A stretch of 64,000 nucleotides of DNA from assembly GCA_965226375.1 (NCBI GenBank), contig CBDDCX010000008.1, positions 832,001 to 896,000 on the forward strand, written 5' to 3'. A program made the translations under genes and the position numbers. Origin of the DNA: Longimicrobiales bacterium (lineage in GTDB: Bacteria; Gemmatimonadota; Gemmatimonadetes; Longimicrobiales; Gaopeijiaceae). Numbering within the stretch: position 1 is the first letter of the stretch; each line of letters begins with the position of its first letter. Of this stretch, positions 1 through 9,320 are shown piece by piece. The notes beneath the pieces are model-generated. The model was not told where the DNA came from. It made no database searches and was given only the letters and a program-made list of their open reading frames with translations.

Positions 1-529
1 GGAGGCTCTGGAGACCGTCTTGGATGTCGGGACGGGCAGCGGCGCCGTAGCACTGTCTCTGGCGGTGGAGGGAGCCTGCGGGCGGATCGTCGCCACCGAC
101 ATTTCGTCTGAGGCGCTCGAGGTGGCCGCGGCGAATGCCCGGCGGCATGATGTCACCGAACAGGTGGAGTTCCGTCTGGGCGGGTTGTTCGTGGCCCTGG
201 AAGTGGAGGAGCGATTCGACCTCGTCGTCTCGAATCCTCCCTATGTAGAAGAGGGACAGAAGCCGGAGCTTGAGCCCGAGGTGAGTGAGTGGGAGCCCGC
301 TGGAGCTCTGTTCGCCGGGCCGGACGGGCTGGATGTGATCCGGCCACTGATCGCAGGCGCCGCGGGACGGGTGCTGCCGGGAGGGCTTCTGGCTCTGGAG
401 GTAGGCACGGGACAGGAGTCCCGAGTGGTTGAATTGATCGAAGAGACGGGGGCGTTCGCCCCTGCGCGGGTGCGACGCGATCTGAGCGGACGCCCGCGGG
501 TCGTGATGGCCGAGCGGATCGGAGAATAG
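1..529 (+). CDS. prmC: Release factor glutamine methyltransferase PrmC/HemK (5' partial)
   Basis: Frame open from window start; SAM motif LDVGTGSGAVA and SNPPY motif. Confidence 0.93.
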   Translation, partial: EALETVLDVGTGSGAVALSLAVEGACGRIVATDISSEALEVAAANARRHDVTEQVEFRLGGLFVALEVEERFDLVVSNPPYVEEGQKPELEPEVSEWEPAGALFAGPDGLDVIRPLIAGAAGRVLPGGLLALEVGTGQESRVVELIEETGAFAPARVRRDLSGRPRVVMAERIGE

Positions 530-581
530 AACATCCACCGAGTCCCGGCGCGGGGTTCGGACTACAGAGGCAGGAAGCTAC

Positions 582-938
582 ATGTCGAGAATGATGGAGA
601 TGGCCATGGACCTGGGCAGAGCGCTTGCTCAGACGGACGAATATCAGATTCTCAAGGTTGCCGTCTCATCGACCGAAGAGGACGGGGCGATGGCCGATCT
701 GCGGACCGAGCTCGAGGGCCTCGAGAGAAAGATCGAAGAGGCACTCCAGGCCGGGGGTGAGCCCGATGACGACCTCAAGTCGAGTTACGAAGATGCCGTG
801 CACCGGCTGCAGGCGAGCTCTTCGTATCAACGGCTCGTGTCGGCCCAAACGAACTTCGACAAGGTTCTGCTCAAGGTGAACCACACGATCCAGGAAGGGA
901 TCGCGGTCGGTGCCGAGAGCCGGATCATCATGCCGTGA
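582..938 (+). CDS. YlbF/YmcA-like (Com_YlbF) helical regulator
   Basis: 118 aa helical protein, N-terminal 'A..LG.ALAQTDEY' pattern resembling the YlbF family; purine-rich SD-like sequence upstream. Confidence 0.65.
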   Translation: MSRMMEMAMDLGRALAQTDEYQILKVAVSSTEEDGAMADLRTELEGLERKIEEALQAGGEPDDDLKSSYEDAVHRLQASSSYQRLVSAQTNFDKVLLKVNHTIQEGIAVGAESRIIMP

Positions 939-1008
939 GACCCGCTGGACTCCCTCTGCAGGCCTGTAGGGCTTTCAGGGCCTGTGACCCGGTCACTCTG
1001 ACGCAATA

Positions 1009-1641
1009 ATGGCAAGGAACCTCGACGACCTCCGCGATCGGGTCTACCCGATCATCGATCCGCTGACGCAGTGGCTGGTGAGAATGCGCGTGCATCCGAA
1101 CGCTATCACCACCAGCGGCTTCGTGGTCACGGTGTTCGCCGGGTTCCTCTACGGGACCGACCACGTGCGTACCGCGGGATTCTTCGTCCTCCTGGGCGGT
1201 GCCCACGACATCTTCGACGGGCGTGTGGCCCGCGAGTCCGGGCTGCAGTCCAAGTTCGGCGCGTTCTACGACTCGGTGCTCGACAGGATCAGCGAGGTGG
1301 CCATCTACATAGGGTTGATCTCGCTTTACAATCAGTACGAGATGTCCCTCCTGAACATCGGCATGATCTACTTGATCGCACTGGCCATGGCGGGCTCTCT
1401 CATGATCAGTTACACGAGGGCGAAGGCGGAAACGTTGGGCCTGGATTGCTCCATCGGCCTGATGCAGAGAGCCGAGCGGGTGGTCCTTTTGGGCGTCGGA
1501 TCTCTGATCTTCGGCCTGAGTTGGGATGGCCTCGTCATCAGTGGCGTTATCGTAATATTCGCCGTTCTCACGAATGCGACGGCGGTGAGAAGGATTCTTT
1601 GGGTGTACAAGCAAGCAGCGGGCGTACCTCTGGACGGGTGA
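1009..1641 (+). CDS. CDP-alcohol phosphatidyltransferase (phosphatidylinositol-phosphate synthase-like)
   Basis: Motif DIFDGRVAR...GAFYDSVLDR, HPNAIT, SYTRAKAE; hydrophobic; adjacent to ino1. Confidence 0.88.
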   Translation: MARNLDDLRDRVYPIIDPLTQWLVRMRVHPNAITTSGFVVTVFAGFLYGTDHVRTAGFFVLLGGAHDIFDGRVARESGLQSKFGAFYDSVLDRISEVAIYIGLISLYNQYEMSLLNIGMIYLIALAMAGSLMISYTRAKAETLGLDCSIGLMQRAERVVLLGVGSLIFGLSWDGLVISGVIVIFAVLTNATAVRRILWVYKQAAGVPLDG

Positions 1642-1675
1642 CGCTCTCATCCCGCCAACCAAGGAGAAAAAAAAA

Positions 1676-2989
1676 GTGAAAGAACGTCCTGAGATTCGGT
1701 CCGCCGAGGGACGCCTCGGCGTACTTCTTCCCGGTATGGGAGCCGTGGCCACCACGACCATCGCCGGCGTCCTGCTCGCCAAGAAGGGTCTGGCAGAGCC
1801 GATCGGAAGCCTCACTCAGATGAACACTATTCGGCTGGGGCAGCGCACCGACAATCGCACCCCGCTCATCAAGGACTTCATCGGGTTGGCGGAGCTCGAC
1901 CAGATCGTGTTCGGCGGCTGGGACCCCATACCGGACAATGCCTACGAGAGTGCGGTGAACGCTGGTGTGCTGAGCGCGAAGCACCTCGATCCCATCAAGG
2001 ACGAGCTGTCCGCCATCAAGCCGATGCCGGCCGCGTTCGACACGGAATACGTCACTCGCTTGGACGGGCCCAACAAGAAGACGGGGGCCAACAAGCGGGA
2101 GATCGCGGAGCAGATTCGCGAGGACATCCGGAACTTCAAGGAAGAGAACGGCTGCGACCGGGTGGTCATGGTTTGGTGCGCATCGACCGAGATCTTTCTT
2201 CGCGCGGGACCGACCCACGAGACCGTGGAGTCATTCGAGAAGGCGATGGAAGAGAACGACCCCTCCATCGCTCCGAGCATGCTGTATGCGTATGCGGCCC
2301 TCATGGAGGGGGTCCCTTATGCGAACGGTGCTCCGAACTTGTCCGCGGACTTTCCGGCGTTCGAGGACTACGCGAAGGAAAACGGCATTCCGATCTGCGG
2401 GAAGGACTTCAAGACGGGCCAGACCCTGATGAAGACGATCCTCGCGCCCGGGTTCAAGGCGCGCATGCTGGGGCTCCATGGCTGGTTCAGTACCAACATC
2501 CTGGGCAATCGCGACGGGGCCGTACTGGACGATCCCGCGAGCTTCAAGACCAAGGAAGAGTCGAAGCTGGGCGTCATCGACCACATTCTTCAGCCGGAGC
2601 TGTATCCGGTACTCTACGGAGACATCTACCACAAGGTGCGGATCAACTACTATCCGCCCCGTGGGGATGACAAGGAGGGGTGGGACAACATCGACATCTT
2701 CGGATGGCTGGGCTACAAAATGCAGATCAAGGTCGACTTCCTCTGCAAGGACTCGATCCTGGCGGCGCCCCTCGTCCTCGATCTGGCGATCTTCATGGAT
2801 CTCGCGGGTCGGGCCGGAATGGGGGGCATCCAGGAGTGGCTCTCATTCTACTTCAAGAGCCCGCAGTGTGCTCCGGGCCTCTATCCCGAGCATGACCTGT
2901 TCATTCAGCATTGGAAGCTCAAGAACACGCTCCGCTGGCTCGTGGGTGAAGAGCAGATCACGCACCTGGGCCGCGAGTACTACGAGTAG
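1676..2989 (+). CDS. ino1: myo-inositol-1-phosphate (inositol-3-phosphate) synthase
   Basis: GMGAVATT, GKDFKTGQT, NILGNRDG, DSILAAPLVLDL, SFYFKSP motifs; AAGGAG RBS and GTG start. Confidence 0.93.
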   Translation: MKERPEIRSAEGRLGVLLPGMGAVATTTIAGVLLAKKGLAEPIGSLTQMNTIRLGQRTDNRTPLIKDFIGLAELDQIVFGGWDPIPDNAYESAVNAGVLSAKHLDPIKDELSAIKPMPAAFDTEYVTRLDGPNKKTGANKREIAEQIREDIRNFKEENGCDRVVMVWCASTEIFLRAGPTHETVESFEKAMEENDPSIAPSMLYAYAALMEGVPYANGAPNLSADFPAFEDYAKENGIPICGKDFKTGQTLMKTILAPGFKARMLGLHGWFSTNILGNRDGAVLDDPASFKTKEESKLGVIDHILQPELYPVLYGDIYHKVRINYYPPRGDDKEGWDNIDIFGWLGYKMQIKVDFLCKDSILAAPLVLDLAIFMDLAGRAGMGGIQEWLSFYFKSPQCAPGLYPEHDLFIQHWKLKNTLRWLVGEEQITHLGREYYE

Positions 2990-2990
2990 A

Positions 2991-3637
2991 GTGGCGCGCG
3001 GGCCGTTCCTAGCGTTGGAGGGTGTGGAGGGGGCCGGGAAACGACCCAGGGCCGCCTCTTGGCGGATTGGTTGACGTCGTCCGGGGTGAGCTTCGAGCTC
3101 GCCCGGGAGCCCGGCGGCACCGGTGTGGGTGAGGCGATCCGCAACGTGGTGCAGGATCGGCCCGAGCTGAACGTGCCACCCGAGACGGAGCTGTTGCTCT
3201 ATCTGGCGGCGCGAACGGCATTCGTGCGTGAGATCGTCCGTCCGGTGCTCGAGCGCGGCGATCTCTTTATCGCAGACCGGTTTTCTCTGTCGACTTTCGC
3301 GTATCAGGGATATGGACGAGGGCTGGACCTGGACGAAGTTCGCCGGTTGGATCACTTCGCGACGGACGGTCTGGTACCCGATCTCTACCTCGTCTTCGAC
3401 ATTCCGGTGGAGGTGGGCAGAGCCAGGCAGAAGGCCGAAGGTAAGGAGGAGGATCGTCTCGAGCTTGCCGGCAACGAGTTCCTCGAGGCGGTGAGGCAGG
3501 GGTACCAGGAGTTGGTAGAGGGCGATGACCGGGCCTGCCTGATCGACGCCGGTGGTACGGCCGATGAGGTGCAGGCACTCGTCAGAGAGACACTTCGCAA
3601 AGAAATGCCTGCAACTTTCGCACGACTTGATGATTAG
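2991..3637 (+). CDS. tmk: dTMP kinase, with apparent 1-nt frameshift at ~3039-3041
   Basis: From GTG 2991: ARGPFLALEGVEGAGK in one frame, then TTQGRLLADWL...REPGGT...DRFSLSTFAYQGYGRG in the -1 frame. Confidence 0.9.
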
Positions 3638-3691
3638 TTTTCTTGGAAGGGGAGCGGAAGGACCGGGCGTGGAGCAGAGGTGGGAGCAGAA

Positions 3692-5374
3692 ATGAAAGAT
3701 TCCAGATCGATTCTCGGCCCGGCGGTGGTGTTGGCCATTGCTCTCGTCACGGGGGGATGGTTCCTCCAACGTGGCGTGGGACAGGAGACCAACGTCTACG
3801 TTCAGGCCAGGCTGTTCCAGGAAGTCATGGAGCACGTCTCGGAGCAGTACGTCGATCCTGTGGATCGGTCCGGCCTCATTGAGTCCGCCATCGAGGGTGT
3901 TCTGGAGGAACTGGGCGACCCACACACGTCGTTCATCGATGCCGCGACCTGGGAAAGCTTCCGCTTCCGCAGTGGCGCCGACGCAGAGTACGGAGGTGTC
4001 GGTCTTGAAATCCTGAAGAGGGATGGCTGGGTGACCGTCATCGCTCCGTTGCCCGGCGGGCCGGCCATTCGAGCCGGTATCCGTGCGGGTGATCAGATCG
4101 TGGAGGTCGAAGGGGAGTCGGCCGAAGATTGGGAGACGGATGCGGCTGCCGACCGGCTTCGGGGGAGCCCCGGGACCGACGTGGCGATCATGATCCGCCG
4201 GCCCGGTGTCGACGACCCCATCCCGTTCACGTTGACGCGCGACGTTATCGAACTCCTGTCCGTGCCCTTCTCGCTCATGGTCGAGGACGGAGTGGGCTAC
4301 ATCCCGCTGGAGGTGTTCAGCGAGACCTCGGGTCGAGAGATGCGAGACGCGATCACGAGCCTCAGGGACCAGGGGATGACGTCTCTCGTTCTGGACCTGA
4401 GAGACAATCCCGGGGGGCTTCTGGATGAGGGCGTGTCCATCGCCGACATGTTCTTGCCCAGTTCGTCTGCCATTCTCGAGACGAGAGGCCGGGCTGCGGG
4501 CCAGAACCAGAAGTTCGCCGCTTCGAGGCCCGCGTTGCTTCCGAACCTCCCTGTGGTGGTGTTGGTGAACCAGGGCAGCGCGAGTTCTTCGGAGATCGTC
4601 GCAGGGGCCTTACAGGATCACGATCGTGCGCTCATCGTGGGGGGACGGAGTTACGGCAAGGGGTCGGTGCAAACGCTCTACCGGCTGAGTGGGGGCAACA
4701 TCCTCCGCCTGACCACGGCCCGGTGGTACACTCCGGTGGGCAGGTCCATACACATGACCCGCGAAGAGCAGATGGCTTCGCGAGCGCCTGAGACGTCCAC
4801 GCTGGCCTTGAGCGGTCAGCGCGTGCTCAAAGACGATCGTGAGGGGCGGCCGACCGTGGAGTCGATGGGAGGCAGGATACTCTTTGGAGGGGGAGGCATC
4901 ACGCCCGATGTGACGGTGCTTCCCGACACGTTGACCCTCGCCGAGCAGGAGGCGGTTCAACGAGTTTTCCGCTCTGCCGGTGTCTTTGCCACGGCGCTCT
5001 TCAACTTCTCCGTGAGTTACGTGCAGGAGCACCCCGACCTGGAGCTTGGCTTCGTTTCGTCGGGTGCCGATCTGGACCGGTTTTACCGATATCTCGTGGA
5101 TGAGCATGAGGTCGAGCTGGATCGGGCGGACTTTATGGCGGCCCGTCGCTTTGTCCGATATCAGCTCGAGAGGGAGATCGCCTTGCAGGCTTGGGACGAG
5201 GAGGATGCCTTCCGGCAGATCCGGACTCGGGACGCCCAACTCAACAAGGCGATCGAGCTGCTCCAGAACTCTGAATCGCCTCAGGCCCTCTTCCAGGCTG
5301 CGGGTGAGACCCAGGGTCCTGACGCCCAGAGCGCCGTCGGAGCGAGCACGTCCGGGGCGCCTGACTCGAACTGA
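3692..5374 (+). CDS. S41 family carboxyl-terminal processing protease (PDZ + peptidase)
   Basis: N-terminal TM/signal, GGVGLEI PDZ, DLRDNPGG, SASSSEIVAGALQD, GKGSVQ. Confidence 0.92.
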   Translation: MKDSRSILGPAVVLAIALVTGGWFLQRGVGQETNVYVQARLFQEVMEHVSEQYVDPVDRSGLIESAIEGVLEELGDPHTSFIDAATWESFRFRSGADAEYGGVGLEILKRDGWVTVIAPLPGGPAIRAGIRAGDQIVEVEGESAEDWETDAAADRLRGSPGTDVAIMIRRPGVDDPIPFTLTRDVIELLSVPFSLMVEDGVGYIPLEVFSETSGREMRDAITSLRDQGMTSLVLDLRDNPGGLLDEGVSIADMFLPSSSAILETRGRAAGQNQKFAASRPALLPNLPVVVLVNQGSASSSEIVAGALQDHDRALIVGGRSYGKGSVQTLYRLSGGNILRLTTARWYTPVGRSIHMTREEQMASRAPETSTLALSGQRVLKDDREGRPTVESMGGRILFGGGGITPDVTVLPDTLTLAEQEAVQRVFRSAGVFATALFNFSVSYVQEHPDLELGFVSSGADLDRFYRYLVDEHEVELDRADFMAARRFVRYQLEREIALQAWDEEDAFRQIRTRDAQLNKAIELLQNSESPQALFQAAGETQGPDAQSAVGASTSGAPDSN

Positions 5375-5551
5375 ACCAGTACACCGTTCTAGGAGCGCTT
5401 TTCACCCTGCGCCTGATCCGTCTCAGGCCACCGATCGTCTCGTATCTCGGTCCGGTTAGTCCGACCTATCGAGACCTGCGAACGCCCCTGACTATCCGGT
5501 AGACTAGATGCTCGTTTTCCATGCTCCGTTCCGTCGCGAGTCGGCTCACCC

Positions 5552-6538
5552 ATGAGGTCCGTGGTTGTGGTGCGCCGGGGCGGAACAGTTGAATCGGTCC
5601 ACCGGGTCCACGCCGCCGTCGTAGACGGAGACGGTCGCCTGACGGCCAGTGTCGGAGATCCCGAGTATTCCGTCTTCTACCGATCCGCCGCAAAGCCCTT
5701 CCAGGCCGTGCCCCTGGTTGAAGACGGCATCGTCGAGCGTTTCGGGTTCACCACGGAGGAGTTGGCGCTCTGCTGCGCGTCCCACAACAGCGAGCCCGAG
5801 CATATCAGGATGGCTCGGTCCATCTTGGAGAAGGCGGCGCTGGTGGAAGAGGATCTGGAGTGTGGCCCGCACCTTCCGTATCACGAGGAATCGGCGAAGC
5901 AACTCCTACGCGCCGGCGAAGAACCGAGGGCGATCCACAACAACTGCTCTGGAAAACACGCCGGGATGCTGGCTCTGGCCAAGGCTCACGGCTGGCCCAC
6001 CCGTGGGTACATCGGGCGGGATCACCCGGTGCAGCGAAGGATGCTCGCTGAGGTCGTCCGCTGGACGGGTCTCGCCGAAGCGGAGATCGGACTCGCACAG
6101 GACGGATGTGGTGTGGTCTGCTTTGCCACGCCCGCCTCACGGCTCGCGTCGGGCTTCGCGAGATTGGGTGGGGCGGAGGGGCCACCGAGGGAGATCGTGC
6201 GCGCCATGACCGCTCACCCGTTTATGGTTGCCGGGACCGGCCGCTTCGGCACGGCTCTGGGTGAGGCCGCGCGTGATCGGTTGTTCGGTAAGACGGGAGC
6301 GGAGGGGGTGTTCGCCGTGGGCGCCCTCGACGGCTCGTTCGGGCTGGCCGTAAAGGTGGAGGATGGTGGCACGCGGGCCAGTTCCGTGGCGGTCCTTCAC
6401 ATTCTGAGCGATCTGGGCGTGCTGGACGGAGTCGACAGCGAGGAGCTGGATCGCTTTCGGGCACCCCCTACCATCAGCACTCGTGGAGTCGAGGTGGGTG
6501 ACATCAGACCGGAGTGCGAGTTGGAGCGGCACGGATGA
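5552..6538 (+). CDS. L-asparaginase II (Rhizobium etli AnsA-type, class 3)
   Basis: RSAAKPFQ, NNCSGKHAGML, DGCG, KTGAEGV, KVEDG motifs. Confidence 0.88.
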   Translation: MRSVVVVRRGGTVESVHRVHAAVVDGDGRLTASVGDPEYSVFYRSAAKPFQAVPLVEDGIVERFGFTTEELALCCASHNSEPEHIRMARSILEKAALVEEDLECGPHLPYHEESAKQLLRAGEEPRAIHNNCSGKHAGMLALAKAHGWPTRGYIGRDHPVQRRMLAEVVRWTGLAEAEIGLAQDGCGVVCFATPASRLASGFARLGGAEGPPREIVRAMTAHPFMVAGTGRFGTALGEAARDRLFGKTGAEGVFAVGALDGSFGLAVKVEDGGTRASSVAVLHILSDLGVLDGVDSEELDRFRAPPTISTRGVEVGDIRPECELERHG

Positions 6539-7137
6539 CGGATAGTGAGCGGTCCCTGGTGCGCATAAGTGCGGCCCTCGCGTCGAGAGACAAGATGGCC
6601 CTCACGTCGGCCTTCGAAGAGGCTCGTGCGACCGCCACCGACCACCAGGTTGAGGAGGTGCTCCTCCAGTCCTACCTATTTCTGGGATTCCCGGCCTCGC
6701 TGAACGGCATGGCGGCGTGGCGCCGGTTTTCCGATACGGTGCCTTCGGTAGCTCAGGAATTGGACTGCGATATGTGGGCGGATCGCGGGCATGAGGTCTG
6801 TGGTTCGGTTTATGCGGGTCAGTACGACAAGCTGCGGGAGACCATTCGCGCCTTGCACCCTGATCTCGAGCAATGGATGGTGGTGGAGGGGTACGGGAAG
6901 GTTCTGGGAAGGCCTGATCTGCCCCTGACGACCCGGGAGATGTGCATCGTAGCAAGCCTGGCCATGCTGGGAGCCCTCAAGCAGCTTTATTCCCACCTCC
7001 GTGGAGCTCTCAACGTCGGAGTGGAGGCGTCGGATGTCGAAGAAGCTCTGGCTCAGGCTGACCCCTATCTGGACGAGGACGGACGCCTGATGTCTCTCAA
7101 GGTGTGGGAGAAGGTTCAGGAAAGGCACGAGCCGTAA
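6535..7137 (+). CDS. Carboxymuconolactone decarboxylase (CMD/AhpD-like) family protein
   Basis: EEVLLQSYLFLGFP, YGKVLGRPDL...RE and HLRGALNVG patterns; ATGA overlap with upstream gene. Confidence 0.75.
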   Translation: MTDSERSLVRISAALASRDKMALTSAFEEARATATDHQVEEVLLQSYLFLGFPASLNGMAAWRRFSDTVPSVAQELDCDMWADRGHEVCGSVYAGQYDKLRETIRALHPDLEQWMVVEGYGKVLGRPDLPLTTREMCIVASLAMLGALKQLYSHLRGALNVGVEASDVEEALAQADPYLDEDGRLMSLKVWEKVQERHEP

Positions 7138-8162
7138 TGTTCGTCGATCGCACCGTCATCAACGTCTACGGGGGAGCGGGAGGCGCCGGATCCGAGGCGT
7201 ACCGTCGCGAGAAGGGTGTTCCCAGAGGTGGGCCTGCCGGAGGGGACGGCGGGGAGGGAGGGGACGTGGTCATGGTGGCGGATCCGCAGCTCTCCACGCT
7301 GCTCGACCTGCGCTACCGCCAGCACCACCGGGCCGAGCGGGGTCTCCATGGCTCGGGCAAGAACCAGACCGGGAAGAGCGGTGAGGACCTCATCATCCGG
7401 GTGCCGCCGGGCACGATCTTGAAGGATGCGGATACGGAGGAGATCCTCGGGGAGCTGCTCCAGGCCGGGGAACGGCTCGTCGTGGCGAAGGGCGGCAGAG
7501 GAGGCAGGGGCAACGTCCACTTCGTATCGCCCACGAATCAGACGCCGGTACGGTGGGAGCCGGGCGCGCTGGGTGAGGAGCGCCGGGTCGAGCTCGAGCT
7601 CAAGCTGATCGCCGATGTCGGCCTGGTAGGGGAGCCCAACGCAGGCAAGTCGACGCTTCTGGCGACTTCGTCCAAGGCCCGTCCCAAGGTGGCCGATTAT
7701 CCTTTCACCACGCTCCAGCCGAACCTGGGCGTGATCGAGCTCACGAACTACCGCACCTTCATCATCGCCGATATTCCGGGGATCATCGAAGGGGCGCACG
7801 AGGGAAAGGGCCTGGGTCTTCAATTCCTACGCCACATCGAGCGGACGCGGACCCTGGCGTTGTTGGTCCCGGTGAACTCCGCCGACCCTCAGGCCGAGTA
7901 CGTGGAGCTGCGAGACGAGTTGACGGCCTATTCAGGAGACCTGGGTACCAGGCCGCACTGCGTGGTGCTCACCAAGGCCGACCTCTTGGGCCCGGACGAC
8001 TCGCCGCCCGAGATCGACGCTCCGGATGCGTGGGCCACCTTCGTGATCTCGTCCGTCGCCCAATCCGGTCTCACCGAGCTGATGGAAGGCCTTTGGGAGC
8101 GGACCCGCGAAGCGATCGAGGAGGAAGAGGGGCCTGAGGAAGAGGATTGGTGGACTCCCTGA
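7137..8162 (+). CDS. obgE: GTPase ObgE/CgtA
   Basis: MFVD start, Gly-rich Obg fold, GEPNAGKSTL, YPFTTL, DIPG, TKAD. Confidence 0.96.
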   Translation: MFVDRTVINVYGGAGGAGSEAYRREKGVPRGGPAGGDGGEGGDVVMVADPQLSTLLDLRYRQHHRAERGLHGSGKNQTGKSGEDLIIRVPPGTILKDADTEEILGELLQAGERLVVAKGGRGGRGNVHFVSPTNQTPVRWEPGALGEERRVELELKLIADVGLVGEPNAGKSTLLATSSKARPKVADYPFTTLQPNLGVIELTNYRTFIIADIPGIIEGAHEGKGLGLQFLRHIERTRTLALLVPVNSADPQAEYVELRDELTAYSGDLGTRPHCVVLTKADLLGPDDSPPEIDAPDAWATFVISSVAQSGLTELMEGLWERTREAIEEEEGPEEEDWWTP

Positions 8163-8182
8163 GTGCGGGGCGGGACGGAAGT

Positions 8183-9319
8183 ATGGAGAATGGCGCCTCG
8201 AAGGACTGGTCTGGGGAGCGTGCCCGGGAGGTCGAGGCCGTCATGCGACTCCACTGCATTCCCCGGGTCGGAACCCGGACGCTGTGGCGCATCCTGGAAC
8301 GATTCGGCTCCGGCGTCGCGGCTCTGGAGGCGCCTGCAGCTCGGTTGAACGCCGTGGCGGGATCGTCCCATGCCGCTGCCGCCCTCGGAGCGCCGGAGCT
8401 GAACGAGCGGGTCGCGGGCGCTTTGAAGCGGTGCGCCGCTTCGGACATGCAGGTCCTGACGTGGCGTGACCCGATCTACCCCGAGAGGCTGCTCCAACTC
8501 GCCGACCCCCCAGCGCTTCTCTTTTGCCGGGGCAACGCGGGGCTTCTTTCCAACCCTGCCGTGACCGTAGTGGGCTTGCGCCACTCCACCCCGTATGGCC
8601 GTAGGGTGGCAGAGAGTCTGGCGGCCGAGCTCTCGGGACGGGGCATTGTGGTTGTGAGCGGCCTGGCACTCGGGATCGACGGAGCCGCCCATCGGGGCGC
8701 TCTGGAGTCGGGGGGAGACACCATCGCTGTACTCGGCTCCGGGGTCGATTTGATTGAGCCTTCCTCTCACCGGGCGCTCGGTCAGCGGGTCGCCCGCGAG
8801 GGTCTCCTCCTGTCCGAGTTTCTTCCGGGGGAGCCCGCCCAGGCCTATCACTTTCCGCGGAGAAATCGCATTCTCGCGGCCCTCGGTGCCGCGGTGGTGG
8901 TGGTAGAAGCCGGTGCCCGAAGTGGTGCGTTCATCACGGTGGAGCACGCTCTCGACCTGGGTCGAGACGTGTACGCGGTGCCCGGACCGATCGACTCCGT
9001 CCAGAGCCGGGGGTGCAACACCCTGCTCCGGCAGGGGGCCCACGTCGTCAGCTCGGTCCGGGACTTCACCCGTGAGCTCACGTTTCTCGACCTACCTGTA
9101 CCCACCACGCGCGCGGTCGGGCGCGCGGGAGAGCCGCGTCGGCTGACCCCGGTAGCGCGTCAGGTGTGGGGGGTGCTGGACGACCGGCCCGTCAGGATCG
9201 AGGAGCTGGCTCGGCTCACCCAGCTCGACTCCAGGAGTGTCCTGGCGGTCCTCACCGAGCTGGAGGTCGCGGGGTGGGTTGAACAGGAGGCGGGAATGCG
9301 CTTCCGCAAGGCTTCCTGA
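8183..9319 (+). CDS. dprA: DNA-processing protein DprA
   Basis: YPERLLQLADPP, VSGLALGIDGAAH, FPRRNRILAAL, VVVEA, C-terminal wHTH; start uncertain (8147/8183). Confidence 0.93.
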   Translation: MENGASKDWSGERAREVEAVMRLHCIPRVGTRTLWRILERFGSGVAALEAPAARLNAVAGSSHAAAALGAPELNERVAGALKRCAASDMQVLTWRDPIYPERLLQLADPPALLFCRGNAGLLSNPAVTVVGLRHSTPYGRRVAESLAAELSGRGIVVVSGLALGIDGAAHRGALESGGDTIAVLGSGVDLIEPSSHRALGQRVAREGLLLSEFLPGEPAQAYHFPRRNRILAALGAAVVVVEAGARSGAFITVEHALDLGRDVYAVPGPIDSVQSRGCNTLLRQGAHVVSSVRDFTRELTFLDLPVPTTRAVGRAGEPRRLTPVARQVWGVLDDRPVRIEELARLTQLDSRSVLAVLTELEVAGWVEQEAGMRFRKAS

Positions 9320-9320
9320 A

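Noticed and set aside
3036..3042. Programmed -1 frameshift heptamer GGGAAAC in tmk
   Set aside because: Reading phase is GGG AAA C, not X XXY YYZ; an indel error is simpler.
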